64,000 nucleotides of DNA, taken from the NCBI RefSeq assembly GCF_964204645.1, contig NC_134028.1, positions 11,827,263-11,891,262 of the forward strand. The letters run 5' to 3'. Below are positions 1 to 11,200 of this stretch, piece by piece; positions within the stretch are counted from its first letter, which is position 1; each line of letters begins with the position of its first letter. The translations under genes were made by a program, and so were the position numbers. The notes below the pieces were generated by a model. That model had not been told where the DNA came from, did not search any database, and saw nothing but the letters and a program-made list of their open reading frames with translations. The DNA is from Tubulanus polymorphus. Taxonomy: Eukaryota > Animalia > Nemertea.

Positions 1-815
1 TCTCTTATCCCCTTGTCGGAGAGGAATAAAGAGCCTCTCCCTATCTTGTCTGTGGGGAAGTGTCCTCTCTAGGTACTCCTTTAAAGCTCTTACTGGACAG
101 AGCGACGTATCAGGAAGATCGTGAGATACCCTATGCGTCAAAGCCTCGATCTTCCAAGATCTGGCTGCTACGGAAGCCTTTTGATTCTTGGCAATGAAAC
201 TAAGACCAGGCCTTAAAATGACAAACCTATCTTGTGGACCAAAGGAAATATGACCCGGACGCATCGATAAAGCATCGAACGCCTCGCGGCCATCGCTAAG
301 AACAGTAAGAACACCGTTTTCTTAGATAAGTCTGACAGGGTAGTATTGCGGATAGGCTCGAAGGGAGTGATCATAAGTGCTCTAAGAACCACTGTTAAGT
401 CCCATGGCGGGATATCTGAAACCTGTTTGGGTCTCTTAACCCCAAAACCTGATATCAATTGAGCTATTTTCACATCCTCCGTCACTACAGGGACGCCCGC
501 TGAACGAAAAGTATGCCCTATTGCTGATCTGTAGCCTTTAATGGTTATAACCTGTCTATTCTTCTCTTCGAACAGGAAATAGAAAAAATCTATTAACTCT
601 GACACAGAGGGGTGGAGAGAATCCACCGCTCTCCTATTACACCAATCGGAGTAACATTCCCACTTGGAATCGTACAATGCTCCGGTAGAGGGACGTTTGG
701 ATTCCACGATAAATCTGGCTGCCCCCGAAGAAATTCCTTGGTTTGAAAGCTGTCGCTTGACAATGGCCAGGCGTGTAGATTCAATTGGAATTGATTTGGG
801 TGTAACTTGACCGTC
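1..815 (-). pseudogene. DIRS tyrosine recombinase (frameshifted; truncated by window edge)
   Basis: ...GISSGAARFIVESKRPSTGALYDSKW...TIKGYRSAI...PPWDLTVVL...KTVFLLFLAMAARRS, then a small deletion near 275, then ALS...FIAKNQ...LCPVRALKEYLERT...LFI, all typical DIRS YR motifs. Confidence 0.88.
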
Positions 816-2617
816 CCTGGGACAGTAACCCGGGGTAATTGGGCAGAGTGCGAGGGAAGTCCACCAGTAGATGCAGGAGTCTGAAGAACCATGTCTGAGT
901 CGGCCAACAGGGAGCCACTAAGACCACTTGACAGTTGACTGCCCCCTCTATCTTCTCCAACACTCGATTGAGTAGGGGAGTGGGGGGAAAGGCATAAGCC
1001 AGCAGGTTGTCCCAACTCAGAGATAGAGCGTCCACCCCCCACGCCAAGTCGTCTTGAAATGGGGACACAAACACCGGACACCTCGTGTTGAAGCGAGTGG
1101 CAAACAGGTCCACGTTCGGACTTCCCATCAGGGCCCGGACTTGATTGGCTACCCTGACTGCCAATGTCCACTCGGTGGCTACTGGCTTGTCTTGGCGAGA
1201 CAGAGCGTCGGCCACCACATTCAGGCTGCCCGCCAGGTGAGAAACCGAAAGAATCATCCCTTGAGCCTGGACCCAGGTCAGAATCTGAGCTGCTAAGTTG
1301 GATAATGTTGGGGACCTGGTCCCCCCCTGGTTGAGCAAATAAGCCTTTACTGTGGAGTTGTCCGTTGACAGCCACACATGATGACCCCCTAACCTCCTTT
1401 TGAAGTGTTTGAAGGCCTTTTGAACCGCTAACAGTTCCAGGTGATTTATGTGGAGATGAGCCTCTGCTCGAGACCAGTTCCCGGCTTTCTGAAAACCTTC
1501 TACATGTGCTCCCCAGCCCTGATGGCTGGCATCCGTGAATAGATGAATCGGGGCCTTCAAAGGTGCTAGGGAGGTGCCTCTTGTCAAGTTCTGCGCGAGA
1601 GTCCACCACTCGAGGTCGGGGATTAGGTTCACCGGTGGTACCGGCAATAAGGTATCCCACTCTTCCCCTACCGATCTCCAAGCTTGCTTCCAGAATCTTT
1701 GAAGAGAACGGCTGTGTAAACGACCGAGCGTAACTACGGGTGCAACGGAACTCATCTGGCCCAAAACCTGGGACCAGGACCGAGCCGATCTGGGCGCCCC
1801 CGTCAGGAGACCGAGAACTGCCTCCCTCAGCTTCTGAACTCTGGCCTGTGCTGGTCTGACTAAGGCCTGCGTCAGGTCGAAGTGCATACCTAGGTACGTG
1901 AACCTTTGAGAGGGGGTCAACTGGGACTTCTCTAAATTCACTATGAAACCTAATTGACGGATCAATGCCAGTGTCTTGTCTAAGGCTTCCTTGCACTCTG
2001 CTTTCGAATTTGCCACAACCAGCCAATCGTCCAGGTAACAGAAAATGCGAACTCCCTTCGACTGAAGGTGTTTCTGAACCCTTTTGACAAGTTTGGTGAA
2101 GACCCAAGGGGCTGAACTCAGGCCGAAGGGCAGAGACCGAAATTGGTATGTTCTTCCCTTCCAGTGAACTCTTAAATACTTTCTTGAGTTCCTGTGTATT
2201 GGTACTTGTAGGTATGCATCCCTCAGATCTATGGATGCTGCCCATTGGCCTGGCTCCAGCCCCTGAATCACCTCCTTGGGTGTTGTTAGCTTGAATTTTG
2301 GAGCTATGATATAACGATTTAGAGCTGACAGATCTATTACCGTCCTTAAGCCCCCAGATGATTTTGGGACGGTGAAAATTCTTGAATACCATCCCGGGGA
2401 TCCTAGAGGGATTTCTTCCAGCGATCTTTTTAAAATCATCTCGTTGATCGCTGGCATAACGTGGGACTCCTGCCCCCACTTCGGCCTCATTTCCACCGGC
2501 TGATGAGATAGATGCGGTTTGTGAACGAATTTCAGTCGGTATCCTTTGGAAACGATCTTTGTAGCCCAAGTGTCGCCAAATTTTTCTAGCCAGTGGGAAG
2601 AGGCGTCTTGAAGGCAA
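593..2617 (-). CDS. DIRS overlapping ORF (N-terminal extension of the YR ORF, overprinted on pol)
   Basis: 674 open codons in a second frame over the RT ORF. Correcting the single frameshift near 813 fuses it to the YR frame. Confidence 0.7.
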   Translation of the reverse strand: MPSRRLFPLARKIWRHLGYKDRFQRIPTEIRSQTASISSAGGNEAEVGAGVPRYASDQRDDFKKIAGRNPSRIPGMVFKNFHRPKIIWGLKDGNRSVSSKSLYHSSKIQANNTQGGDSGAGARPMGSIHRSEGCIPTSTNTQELKKVFKSSLEGKNIPISVSALRPEFSPLGLHQTCQKGSETPSVEGSSHFLLPGRLAGCGKFESRVQGSLRQDTGIDPSIRFHSEFREVPVDPLSKVHVPRYALRPDAGLSQTSTGQSSEAEGGSSRSPDGGAQIGSVLVPGFGPDEFRCTRSYARSFTQPFSSKILEASLEIGRGRVGYLIAGTTGEPNPRPRVVDSRAELDKRHLPSTFEGPDSSIHGCQPSGLGSTCRRFSESRELVSSRGSSPHKSPGTVSGSKGLQTLQKEVRGSSCVAVNGQLHSKGLFAQPGGDQVPNIIQLSSSDSDLGPGSRDDSFGFSPGGQPECGGRRSVSPRQASSHRVDIGSQGSQSSPGPDGKSERGPVCHSLQHEVSGVCVPISRRLGVGGGRSISELGQPAGLCLSPHSPTQSSVGEDRGGSQLSSGLSGSLLADSDMVLQTPASTGGLPSHSAQLPRVTVPGTVKLHPNQFQLNLHAWPLSSDSFQTKEFLRGQPDLSWNPNVPLPEHCTIPSGNVTPIGVIGERWILSTPLCQS

Positions 2618-2751
2618 GAGCCCACTGGCCTGACATCTTCAACGGGTACCTGTGTTGGCGCGGCCACGAAAGGGTCGATTGAAGCCCCTACGTAATCTAG
2701 CCCTACCCCTTTGGGGATTGTCACTGTAAGAACTTTGAGAATAACTGACAT
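781..2751 (-). CDS. DIRS pol: reverse transcriptase, RNase H and DNA N6-adenine methyltransferase-like domain
   Basis: RT motifs IDLRDAY, LPFGLSSAP, YLDD; RNase H LFTDAS, HINHLELLA, DN; MT-like VDLFAT...AYAFPP...VAPCWPTQTWF. The true C-terminus (HPN...LHAWPLS) continues in the adjacent frame to 593 after a frameshift near 813. Confidence 0.92.
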   Translation of the reverse strand: MSVILKVLTVTIPKGVGLDYVGASIDPFVAAPTQVPVEDVRPVGSCLQDASSHWLEKFGDTWATKIVSKGYRLKFVHKPHLSHQPVEMRPKWGQESHVMPAINEMILKRSLEEIPLGSPGWYSRIFTVPKSSGGLRTVIDLSALNRYIIAPKFKLTTPKEVIQGLEPGQWAASIDLRDAYLQVPIHRNSRKYLRVHWKGRTYQFRSLPFGLSSAPWVFTKLVKRVQKHLQSKGVRIFCYLDDWLVVANSKAECKEALDKTLALIRQLGFIVNLEKSQLTPSQRFTYLGMHFDLTQALVRPAQARVQKLREAVLGLLTGAPRSARSWSQVLGQMSSVAPVVTLGRLHSRSLQRFWKQAWRSVGEEWDTLLPVPPVNLIPDLEWWTLAQNLTRGTSLAPLKAPIHLFTDASHQGWGAHVEGFQKAGNWSRAEAHLHINHLELLAVQKAFKHFKRRLGGHHVWLSTDNSTVKAYLLNQGGTRSPTLSNLAAQILTWVQAQGMILSVSHLAGSLNVVADALSRQDKPVATEWTLAVRVANQVRALMGSPNVDLFATRFNTRCPVFVSPFQDDLAWGVDALSLSWDNLLAYAFPPTPLLNRVLEKIEGAVNCQVVLVAPCWPTQTWFFRLLHLLVDFPRTLPNYPGLLSQGRSSYTQINSN

Positions 2752-4268
2752 AGTTCAAATTGTTATTGTTGTCGCTTTGAGCTCCCTTGGAGCTTGTCCA
2801 ACGCGCTTTTTTGTAGCTTAATTTGCTGTTGACTTGAGATTGATTGTATACGGGCTGATTTGCAGGTGAGTTTCTGTAGGTAGAGTTGCCGGCGTAATAA
2901 CTAGGCTTTTTTGATGTCTTCCATGACTGCCTACCGGCCTTAGCCTGAGAATCTCTGATCTTGGTGGCCTCCGCATCGGCGGATGCGCAGCATCCAGAGA
3001 AAACCCGTGAGGAATTGCCCAGCGGTGCTCTGTATAGAGCTACTTTCACTGGGTCTGGAAGTTTGGAGTCGGCCAACAAGCTATATCTATTGATCAAGGC
3101 TAGGTTAGCCTGGATCCTTATACCCAAAGGTACTTGGTGACACAACGCCTTGGCCATAGACTGTAGAATTCTCTCTATAGTCGCCACGTGTTCGGACATT
3201 GTCTCTGGATCCGGATTATCCTGGACTAGTTGAGACTTTACTTTTTCTAACTCGCCGTGCATGGCAACCAGTGAAATGTCTTGGAAAGACGCGATTTGAC
3301 AAATGCTACGAGCTAATTGGTTCAACGCTCCCATTGCTTGTTTTGGTAAAGTGTAGGAAGGCGGTGGTTTTTTGGGTAGTCCTATCGTGGTTGACCCATC
3401 GGAGTCTAACTCAAAGTTTGTTTTGAATCCGGGATCATCAGCATCTGGTGTGGCGTAATAATAAGTCTTGTACCCCGATATGGGAGGATACAACGGAGAG
3501 AAAAATTTTGAATCCTTCATGCCTGCCTCTAATGGAGGATAAGACCAAGTATTGTCTGTACGCTTACCACCCCACAGTGTCGTGTCCAAAGTCTCACGCC
3601 ATTCTTCTCTATATGCAGAATGTGGTGCTAAAACTAACTCTTCGGTGTCATCGGATGGACTGAAGATTTTGGCGGCCGACCCTCTAGGCTGGGTTGTTTT
3701 AGGTTTGGCCTTGGTACCTCCGTACCGGGAGAAAACTTCTTTTACTAAGTCCTTGAATGGAATGTCTCCCGTCTCTTCCATTGTGGATGGTGACGGAGAG
3801 CACGATCTGTGCATGTCTCCGTCCCTGGATAGACCAGGATCTTCTGGATCATGAGATTTTTCGTCAGAAAAATCGTTGACATCATCCAACACCAACCCAT
3901 CTGTTGGGTTGCAGGACAGCCCTGTTGGCACTGATGGAGGCTTGGGGCCCGGGTTTCCTTACCTTTTAGTTGTTAGAACGAGACCTTGACCCAGAGCTGG
4001 GGTCAGACGGTGAACGACGTCGTTTTTTATTAGAGTGCTGGTGCCTACGTCTAGTAGGAGACGAAGAGTCGGACCGACTAAATCTCGATCGGGACCTGGA
4101 CCTAGACACGGATCGTCCCGGATCATAGCCCTGTTACCGAGTATCCGGGCATTCAGGTATATCAACCTTGCCCGATGAGGACGCTGGGGTCTTAGAAGGT
4201 GTATCAACCTTGCCCAAACGTTTAAATCTCGGTCCCCTAGGGGAACTGGAGACGTCGTGATCCGACAT
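2639..4268 (-). CDS. DIRS ORF1 (gag-like); open 2639-3931, N-terminal S/R-rich part disrupted
   Basis: 430-aa ORF overlapping the start of pol, with a basic RG-rich C-terminus. An upstream ATG at 4268 leads into an RS-rich frame with stops and a frameshift. Confidence 0.65.
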
Positions 4269-5016
4269 GTTAAACCCTAAAATAAGCTGAAATGAAGGGT
4301 TAATTATTGATACGATTTTTAGTACAGATTATTAATTTTCATGAATGATGAGACGGAAATCAATTACGTTGAATGATAATTATTAAATATATAAGGCGGG
4401 AGGAGCCGCTAAGAAAACAGCACGGCGCTCCCGCGAAACCGGAAGTAGAAAACCGGTGGCAAAATGTTGAAATGCGCATAAATTAAAAACGATCTCACCC
4501 GAAGTTCGACTTCTATTCCGAGATCAATCACTCTTATGTCTGTTTCTTATATCAATTAGAACGGATGTCCGATCCAACACGAAGAATTTTAACCGATTTA
4601 CGAACACTGCCGAAACACGTTCTCTAGAGAACAAGCGCCAAGCAAAAAGATGATGGCGTCTCGCCAGATGGCGCTATGTTACGGCGCCCCTACCAAAAGT
4701 CGATTCGGGCGTTATCTGCCTAGCCAAAAGCAATATGGCTATAGTGTATTTTCCCAGGGAATGTATTCGAAGTAAATACCACTTTCACATCTATGAATTA
4801 GAATGTGGCAACCTTCAAATTTGATAAGGGTGGACACCAGTAGCAATATTTGATGGCCTAGACTTCCGAAAATAACTGGATTCTGTCTAGAGATGGAGGA
4901 ATGGACGAACGATGAGAGGGAAGAAAAGTGAATGCAATATCGCTGGGACAAAAGTCCCAAGTGGGCTAAAATCGTATACCCTTCAATTTTTCACTCCCCA
5001 ATATAGGGAGACCAAA

Positions 5017-6347
5017 CTAGAGGTCCAGGGACACCATGCCCAATTGGGAAGTGGTTTCAGATACTCAACAATCTAACAATTTCAATATTCAATGCCCCAT
5101 CCAATGACCTTGAAAAAACCAACGAATTGAAACTCACCACAATCATAGCACATATCAGCAGCTACAATTTGTAATTAATTGTGCTAACAAAATATGCCTA
5201 GTACCAATATGATATGGAAATACTAAGTTATTCTACTATTCACCGCCCCCTGGTGACCATATGCAAAGCCCAATGACATTGAAACTCACCATCATCATAG
5301 AACATGTCATGAGCTACAACTTTGCAATTGATCATGGTAACAAAATATGCCTAGGTACCAATAAAATAAGGAAATACAAAGTTATTCTACTATTCAATGC
5401 CCCCTAGTGACCATATAGAATCATTTATGTCCTTGAAACTTACCACAAACATAGACCATGTCATGAGCTACAACTTTCCAATTGATTGTGGCAACAAAAT
5501 ATGCATAGGTATGAATATAATATGGAAATACTAAATTACTGCATTGTTCAACGGCCCCTGGTGACCATATGCAAAGGCCAATGACATTGAAACTCACCAT
5601 CATCATAGAACATGTCATGAGCTGCAATTGATCATGGTTACAAAATATGCCTAGGTACCAATAAAATAAGGAAATACTAAGTTATTCTACTATCCAACAC
5701 CCCCCAGTGACCATATAGAATAATTTATGTCCTTGAAACTTACCACGATCATAGACCATGTCATGAGCTAAAACTTTCCAATTGATTGTGGTAGCAAAAT
5801 ATGCATAGATACGAATATAATATAGAAATACTAAATTGTATTGTTCAACACCCCCTGGTGGCCATTACAAAAACCAATGGGCTTGAAACTCATCACAATC
5901 ATAGAATATGTCATGAGCTACAACTTTGCAACTGATGTGGCAACCAAATATGCTTAAGTATCAATATAATGTGGGAAAACCTTTTTCCACCTATGAATGA
6001 GTACTGATGACAAACCAGTAGGAAGCTACAGGACTCAGAATTCAGGCCAAAATCTACATTTTTGGGCAATAAAAAGGTCAATGGACAGCATACAAGACTA
6101 CAAGTTAAAACCTTCTCTAGGTTAATTTTACAATTCCTCAAAAAACCACTTTCACATCTGTGAACTAGAATGTGGCAATATTTCTATGGTTAATGACCTT
6201 CAATTTTGATAAGGGTGATATTTGATGGCCAAAACTTCCCAAAATAACTGGATTCCGTTTACAGACAGACGAACTGAGAGACGAACGGACAGGCGGAAGA
6301 AAAGTGAAGGCGATAGCGCCGGGACAATAGTCCCAAGTGGGCTAAAA
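5017..6347 (+). mobile_element. Helentron-type (HINE/DINE-like) non-autonomous element, family A, with six ~152-bp internal repeats
   Basis: Subterminal inverted motifs GCCCA(A/C)TTGGGA ... TCCCAAGTGGGC, 3' hairpin GGGAC-N-GTCCC, ACGG/ACAG-rich tract, A-rich flanks. Repeat units (ttcaatgccccctggtgaccat) start near 5088, 5239, 5393, 5547, 5693 and 5845. Confidence 0.7.
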
Positions 6348-6781
6348 ATGGTATACCCTCAATTTCAAACTCCCCATTGTGGGGAAAACAAGAAATGGGT
6401 GACCCAAATTCCATGTAAGGAGATGTGTCCTGTGACAATGTTGACACTCATTAACAATACTATAAGTTAAAACCTTTTTTAGGTTAATTTTTCAAAAAAC
6501 CAGTTTCACATCCATGAACTAGATTGTATCTATATTTCTATGGCTAATGACCTTCATTGTTGATAAGGGTAAGCATTTCACCTGCCCAAACCTTAACACA
6601 GGTTCAAGAATTGCATTCAGAAATGTAAGCAGCATCATGCCAACAAGAAATTTTCGACGGCCACCACAGTGGCAATATCTGATGGCCAATGACCTTCAAT
6701 TTCAATAAGAGCGGTAATCTCACCTGTCAAAACCCCCGATAAATGATAACTTAAACCCTTAACACATATAGAAAGAGTAAC

Positions 6782-6863
6782 CTTTTGAGTGCCTTTTTGC
6801 GATCAACTGGTGGACTATCACTGGGTGAATTTAGCAGACTAGGACGTCCAGGTGGGGGTAACC
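6782..6863 (-). CDS. MGRN1: Putative MGRN1-like exon 8 (82 nt, proline/serine-rich)
   Basis: Acceptor ctttgtag|, phase fits exon 7, encodes (G)LPPPGRPSLLNSPSDSPPVDRKKALK(R); donor AG|gttact is weak, and there is no conserved motif to anchor it. Confidence 0.6.
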
Positions 6864-9800
6864 CTACAAAGAATTTAAAGTTAGTTAATCATTATCATTA
6901 ACAGAAAGAAGGTATCTTCAGAAATTAACTTTACAATGCCTGATGAGGCAAATTACAAGTGTCTAAGACATAAAGACCATTCAAAATTTCCTGCGCCAAC
7001 TTAAGTTTTAGGGGCTCTACCCTAAAAAAATATCTAATCTGAAGCCTTAGCAGAGCATCTTATACTAAAAAAGAGCAGAAAAGTACACTGAAATTTGCCA
7101 AAAATTGCCTTGTTTTTATTGCTGGCCAATAGAATTACAAAATAAAATGCAGATGCATAACTACATATCCAGACAAACATATGCGTAGAGTTACGAGAAG
7201 AGAGCCAGTAGTTTAGGAGATCTCCGGACACGATTGTGTCCAGGGACGGACAAACTGATTCCAGTATACCCCCCTCCTACACTTTGTAGCAGAAGTATAA
7301 AAAGTGTGTAATTAGCCATATTTACAGCACGCCGAACCGTTTACAATGAATAGAAACAGTGTAGTGCATACAATGGGGCATCCTGTTCAGAATGAAATTT
7401 GTACGTGTTTGTGGTCTCTTGCCATATGAAAAAAGATCTTCTTAAGTCCTTAAAAGGTTAACCTACACCCTGCATCTACATGATGTATTTAGAGTAATAA
7501 CGTCCATGAGGTAAGTATAAGTCAGAAATTCTATATTTACCTTCCGGTGGTAGATGCAACGGATTAGGTGGTGGGGGTGGTAAACGAGGAGGACCATTTA
7601 GTGCTTCAATCAAAGAGACAGCTTCATACCCATGGGGTACACCTTCTTGACTTATTCCTGAACAGCAGTCATCGTCATCGGAATTACTCTAGAAAAAAAG
7701 ATGTATACACGGATTGATAACTTGCTTGGGGAGTTGATAACTTTCCATAGAAACTTTCTTGGGCTCGGATATTTACATACATTTATTGCAGTAATAAAAT
7801 CTAGGTTCCAGCGCACACCAACCTTGGTTGAACGTGCGGGATCAGTCTTGAAATTGGTATTCATGCGCAGCATAGTGCTGACGACAATTCAATTCATTCT
7901 TGATTGACACAATTAAAATTTCACAATAACACATTACTTTCACGTTTTTAAAATTCTTTTAATTTTGCCTTATTTTCATTGGGTGCTTGCGTAAGCAGCC
8001 ATTTGAAAAATCTTTGTAAGAACATTTATATTTTTATGGACTTACGCTTTAGCGAAGTCGATTTTGCTATCACATATTTATCTTTCTTCCTTTGGTACAA
8101 AATAACTCCCGAACAAGGCTTAGCTTCTCTTGGGAACTTTCAAAACATTCAATGTAATAATAAAATCTCAATCCCTATTGAATTTCATCGGAATCCGTTG
8201 CTCATTTATCAATTTAGTTATTTATTTGTTGTTGGAACTACATTTCGTTTCGTAAGAACACACACCCTGTTACGTATATTCATGCCAAAAACTTCATGCC
8301 ATTTCCTTTCCTAATTTGAAAAAAAAGAAATTTTTGATCTAATTATCCTGTAATAAGTCAGTTTTCTGCAATCATTTGAATTCAATCCAATTGTTTTTTC
8401 ACTCTTTTTCATTTGTCCTGCTTAATCTCTAGAGTACCAATGTTTAATCTTGATGCTGGATCATGACATACACTCATGTAAATTAAGGAAAGTCCATATT
8501 AAGGATTTCATTTCTTGTTTTAGTTTATCTAAAACTTAAAACCGCTTTTCTGTAAAATAAATTCTGAATTGAATTGAATTGACTTGACTGATTCCCTGTC
8601 TCTTCAGAGAGCCAGGGGGCGGTAGTCTATGGTGGCATTTATACTTTATCGGATGATCGTAGTGAAGTGTCATTTGAAGGAAATGCAAGTTATTCTTGCT
8701 TTATGTCTTTATTTTTTAAAAAGAAAAATCGTGGCTCCTATCTATTTTCATGTTCGCTTGTCTTCACCTGAAGTCACTCGGTAAGTCAAAATTATTTCAA
8801 GACAATCTTTATAGTAATCTAGCAATTATCAACATACGATAGGGTCCGAAAAGACACCACAATTTTCAAATAACAACCTTCCGAAAGCTTGCACTAATGC
8901 AGCCGTCAATCCTGTATCCCCCTGGACAGAGATCGACACCCCATCGACGCCGAAATGCTGTCGATGTCGGGACGATGATTTAAAATGACTAGGTCGCCTG
9001 TCTGACGTTGGTGTGCACAATTTCGATCATTGCCTTGCCGTTTAAGTTTAAATCTTACAACGTATGCCTGTCGCTCAGACCGATATTAAAAGGTCATTGC
9101 CCTGTCGGTCGATCGTTTAAAAGAGCGCGCAAATTTTGTTCATGAGCAATATAATTCTAGGATTTGAACCACGCAGCGATAATTCAACCAGTCTCCCATT
9201 ATTATTGGGATTCAATTGTGCAGCGCGAGGAGCCGGGGCGAGTTGGTTTCTTATCACGTATCAATTGTTACTCTAGACGTGCAACAGAGTCCGAGAAAAA
9301 TGATCGATAAGAATTATGCAACTGCATTGAATGGAACTGAAATAAATTGCCCATGGGCAAAGTGTGCTTTACCTTGAATCCTAGAAAGCTTGAAAGCTTG
9401 TTTGGAGTAAGGGCATTGCTTGAAAAATCTTTTTAATTCGTGACTTCAAAGTTCTAGATGTTTATGTTGTATTTTATCTTTCTTAAAGAATTATTTTGTA
9501 GTAGTAGTTACGTTATAGTTCTATGCTTCAATGTATGAATGAAGTTCATGTGACAGGCACTAGTGCCTGTACTAATACTAAGTGGTAGTTTTAATTGCCG
9601 CAAAGGCCAAGTGATGACATTAGAATCGATCCAAAAATCCTCGAAACATCCCCCTTAGGGTTTCACGCCTGATGTGTTTCATCTTGGCATGGATACATGC
9701 TAGTAAATTTTCTCCCCAAATAAAGAGCAACGGACATTTTTTAACGATCACTGAAACCCTGCGTTTTTTTGTTTCTACTACCTGCACCGCAAACAGTTTA

Positions 9801-11126
9801 TTTTTGCGTCAGTCAATCCGAGTCGGCCTGTGTTTAAGGCGGGATGCAGCAGCTAAATACTGCTGTCTCAGCATTATTGGAGTATATCCATGGCAGAAGA
9901 GATACTACGGGTGTTGTTCGGTGAACGGCAGAATTTTTACTAGCGACGCTCGCTATATGATCTTCGACCGTAAAAACTAAGTAGGGCTTCATACCAAGTG
10001 GGCTTAAAGTGCATGGCAAATTTAACTGCATTGATACTGTAAGCTAGATATATCCTGACACACATCCAATCTGTCCAATATCCAGGTCAAATTCCTAATA
10101 TTCGATAGTTAACCTCTGGCGGTAATACATACTAGGAAATACGGTATTTTACTTACCTGGTGATGGCGCTGTGGTTGCAAATTATTTGTCAATGATTTCT
10201 TCTTCATAGCCCTTATCTGCAACAATGCTCGAAATGGTGCACGGCAAATGGGGCAATTATTTGCCTGGTATCGCAAATTGTTGGCACATGCACTACATAA
10301 ACATAAATGTCGACATGGTAGGATCAGTGTATCCCGCGATTCAGACATACATATAACACATTCAGACCCAGTATCCTCAAACTCATCTTCTTGATTTGAC
10401 TGTAAAAAAATAAATGTATAAATAAATGAAAAATACCTGAGATTATACATGTACGAAGTTTGTTAGAACAAGATGAAAATGCATCTAAACCTGGTTGGTC
10501 CATTTTCACCCGTCAAGGAATTTCGAACTCATTAAGCTAAAGCCATTCCCAGAACCCTTTGACCTTAAGAAATGTTGGTTACTAGCCCACCAGAATCCTG
10601 TCATACCAATCAGCACTTGTAACAATCTTCATAAGGCTTCTGTTTGATTTCCCTTAAATGGTCCAATCAGCAAACATTTTAGCAACTAGAATGTCAATGA
10701 AGACGACTGATGCCCCCACATCAGGTGAAACGCCTGAGTGTAAAATACACCCGAGCATATGTTGACCTATTTATGAAGGCAGGAAATGAAAGATGCAAAA
10801 CGGCTTTCCGTGACTTTGACCTTTCACCTACAGGATTCGAAATCTAATCAGTCGATTACTGTCTCTAGCGCAACCCATCCATAAAATTTCACAAAGTTAT
10901 CTTATACTGTTTATGAATTAAGAGCCCGGAAATGAAAAATACATAACAGCTTCTAGTAACCTTGACCTTTGACCAACATGATCCAAAATCTAAATCAGAC
11001 GTAATCTGTCGAAAGGGTTTAGGTGCTAGGGCACGGAAATTACTGCGGACAGATGCCAGACGGACGGAAGACGAAGTGAATACAGTATGCCCCAAAAACG
11101 CGCTGTGGAGCAACTGATGTATATAT

Positions 11127-11200
<74 letters not shown>

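Larger units (their letters stand above)
1..4777 (-). mobile_element. DIRS1-type tyrosine-recombinase retrotransposon (3' end beyond window start)
   Basis: gag-like, RT/RNaseH/MT and YR ORFs in DIRS order, GC-rich against AT-rich flanks. The 5' end reads ATTTACTTCG... on the minus strand, at the point where homology to the host repeat copy at 6145 resumes. Confidence 0.92.

Noticed and set aside
593-2751. Bacterial or phage origin (integrase plus adenine methylase) or contamination
   Set aside because: Domain order gag, RT, RNase H, MT, YR is standard for eukaryotic DIRS1 elements, and the element joins host repeats cleanly at 4777.
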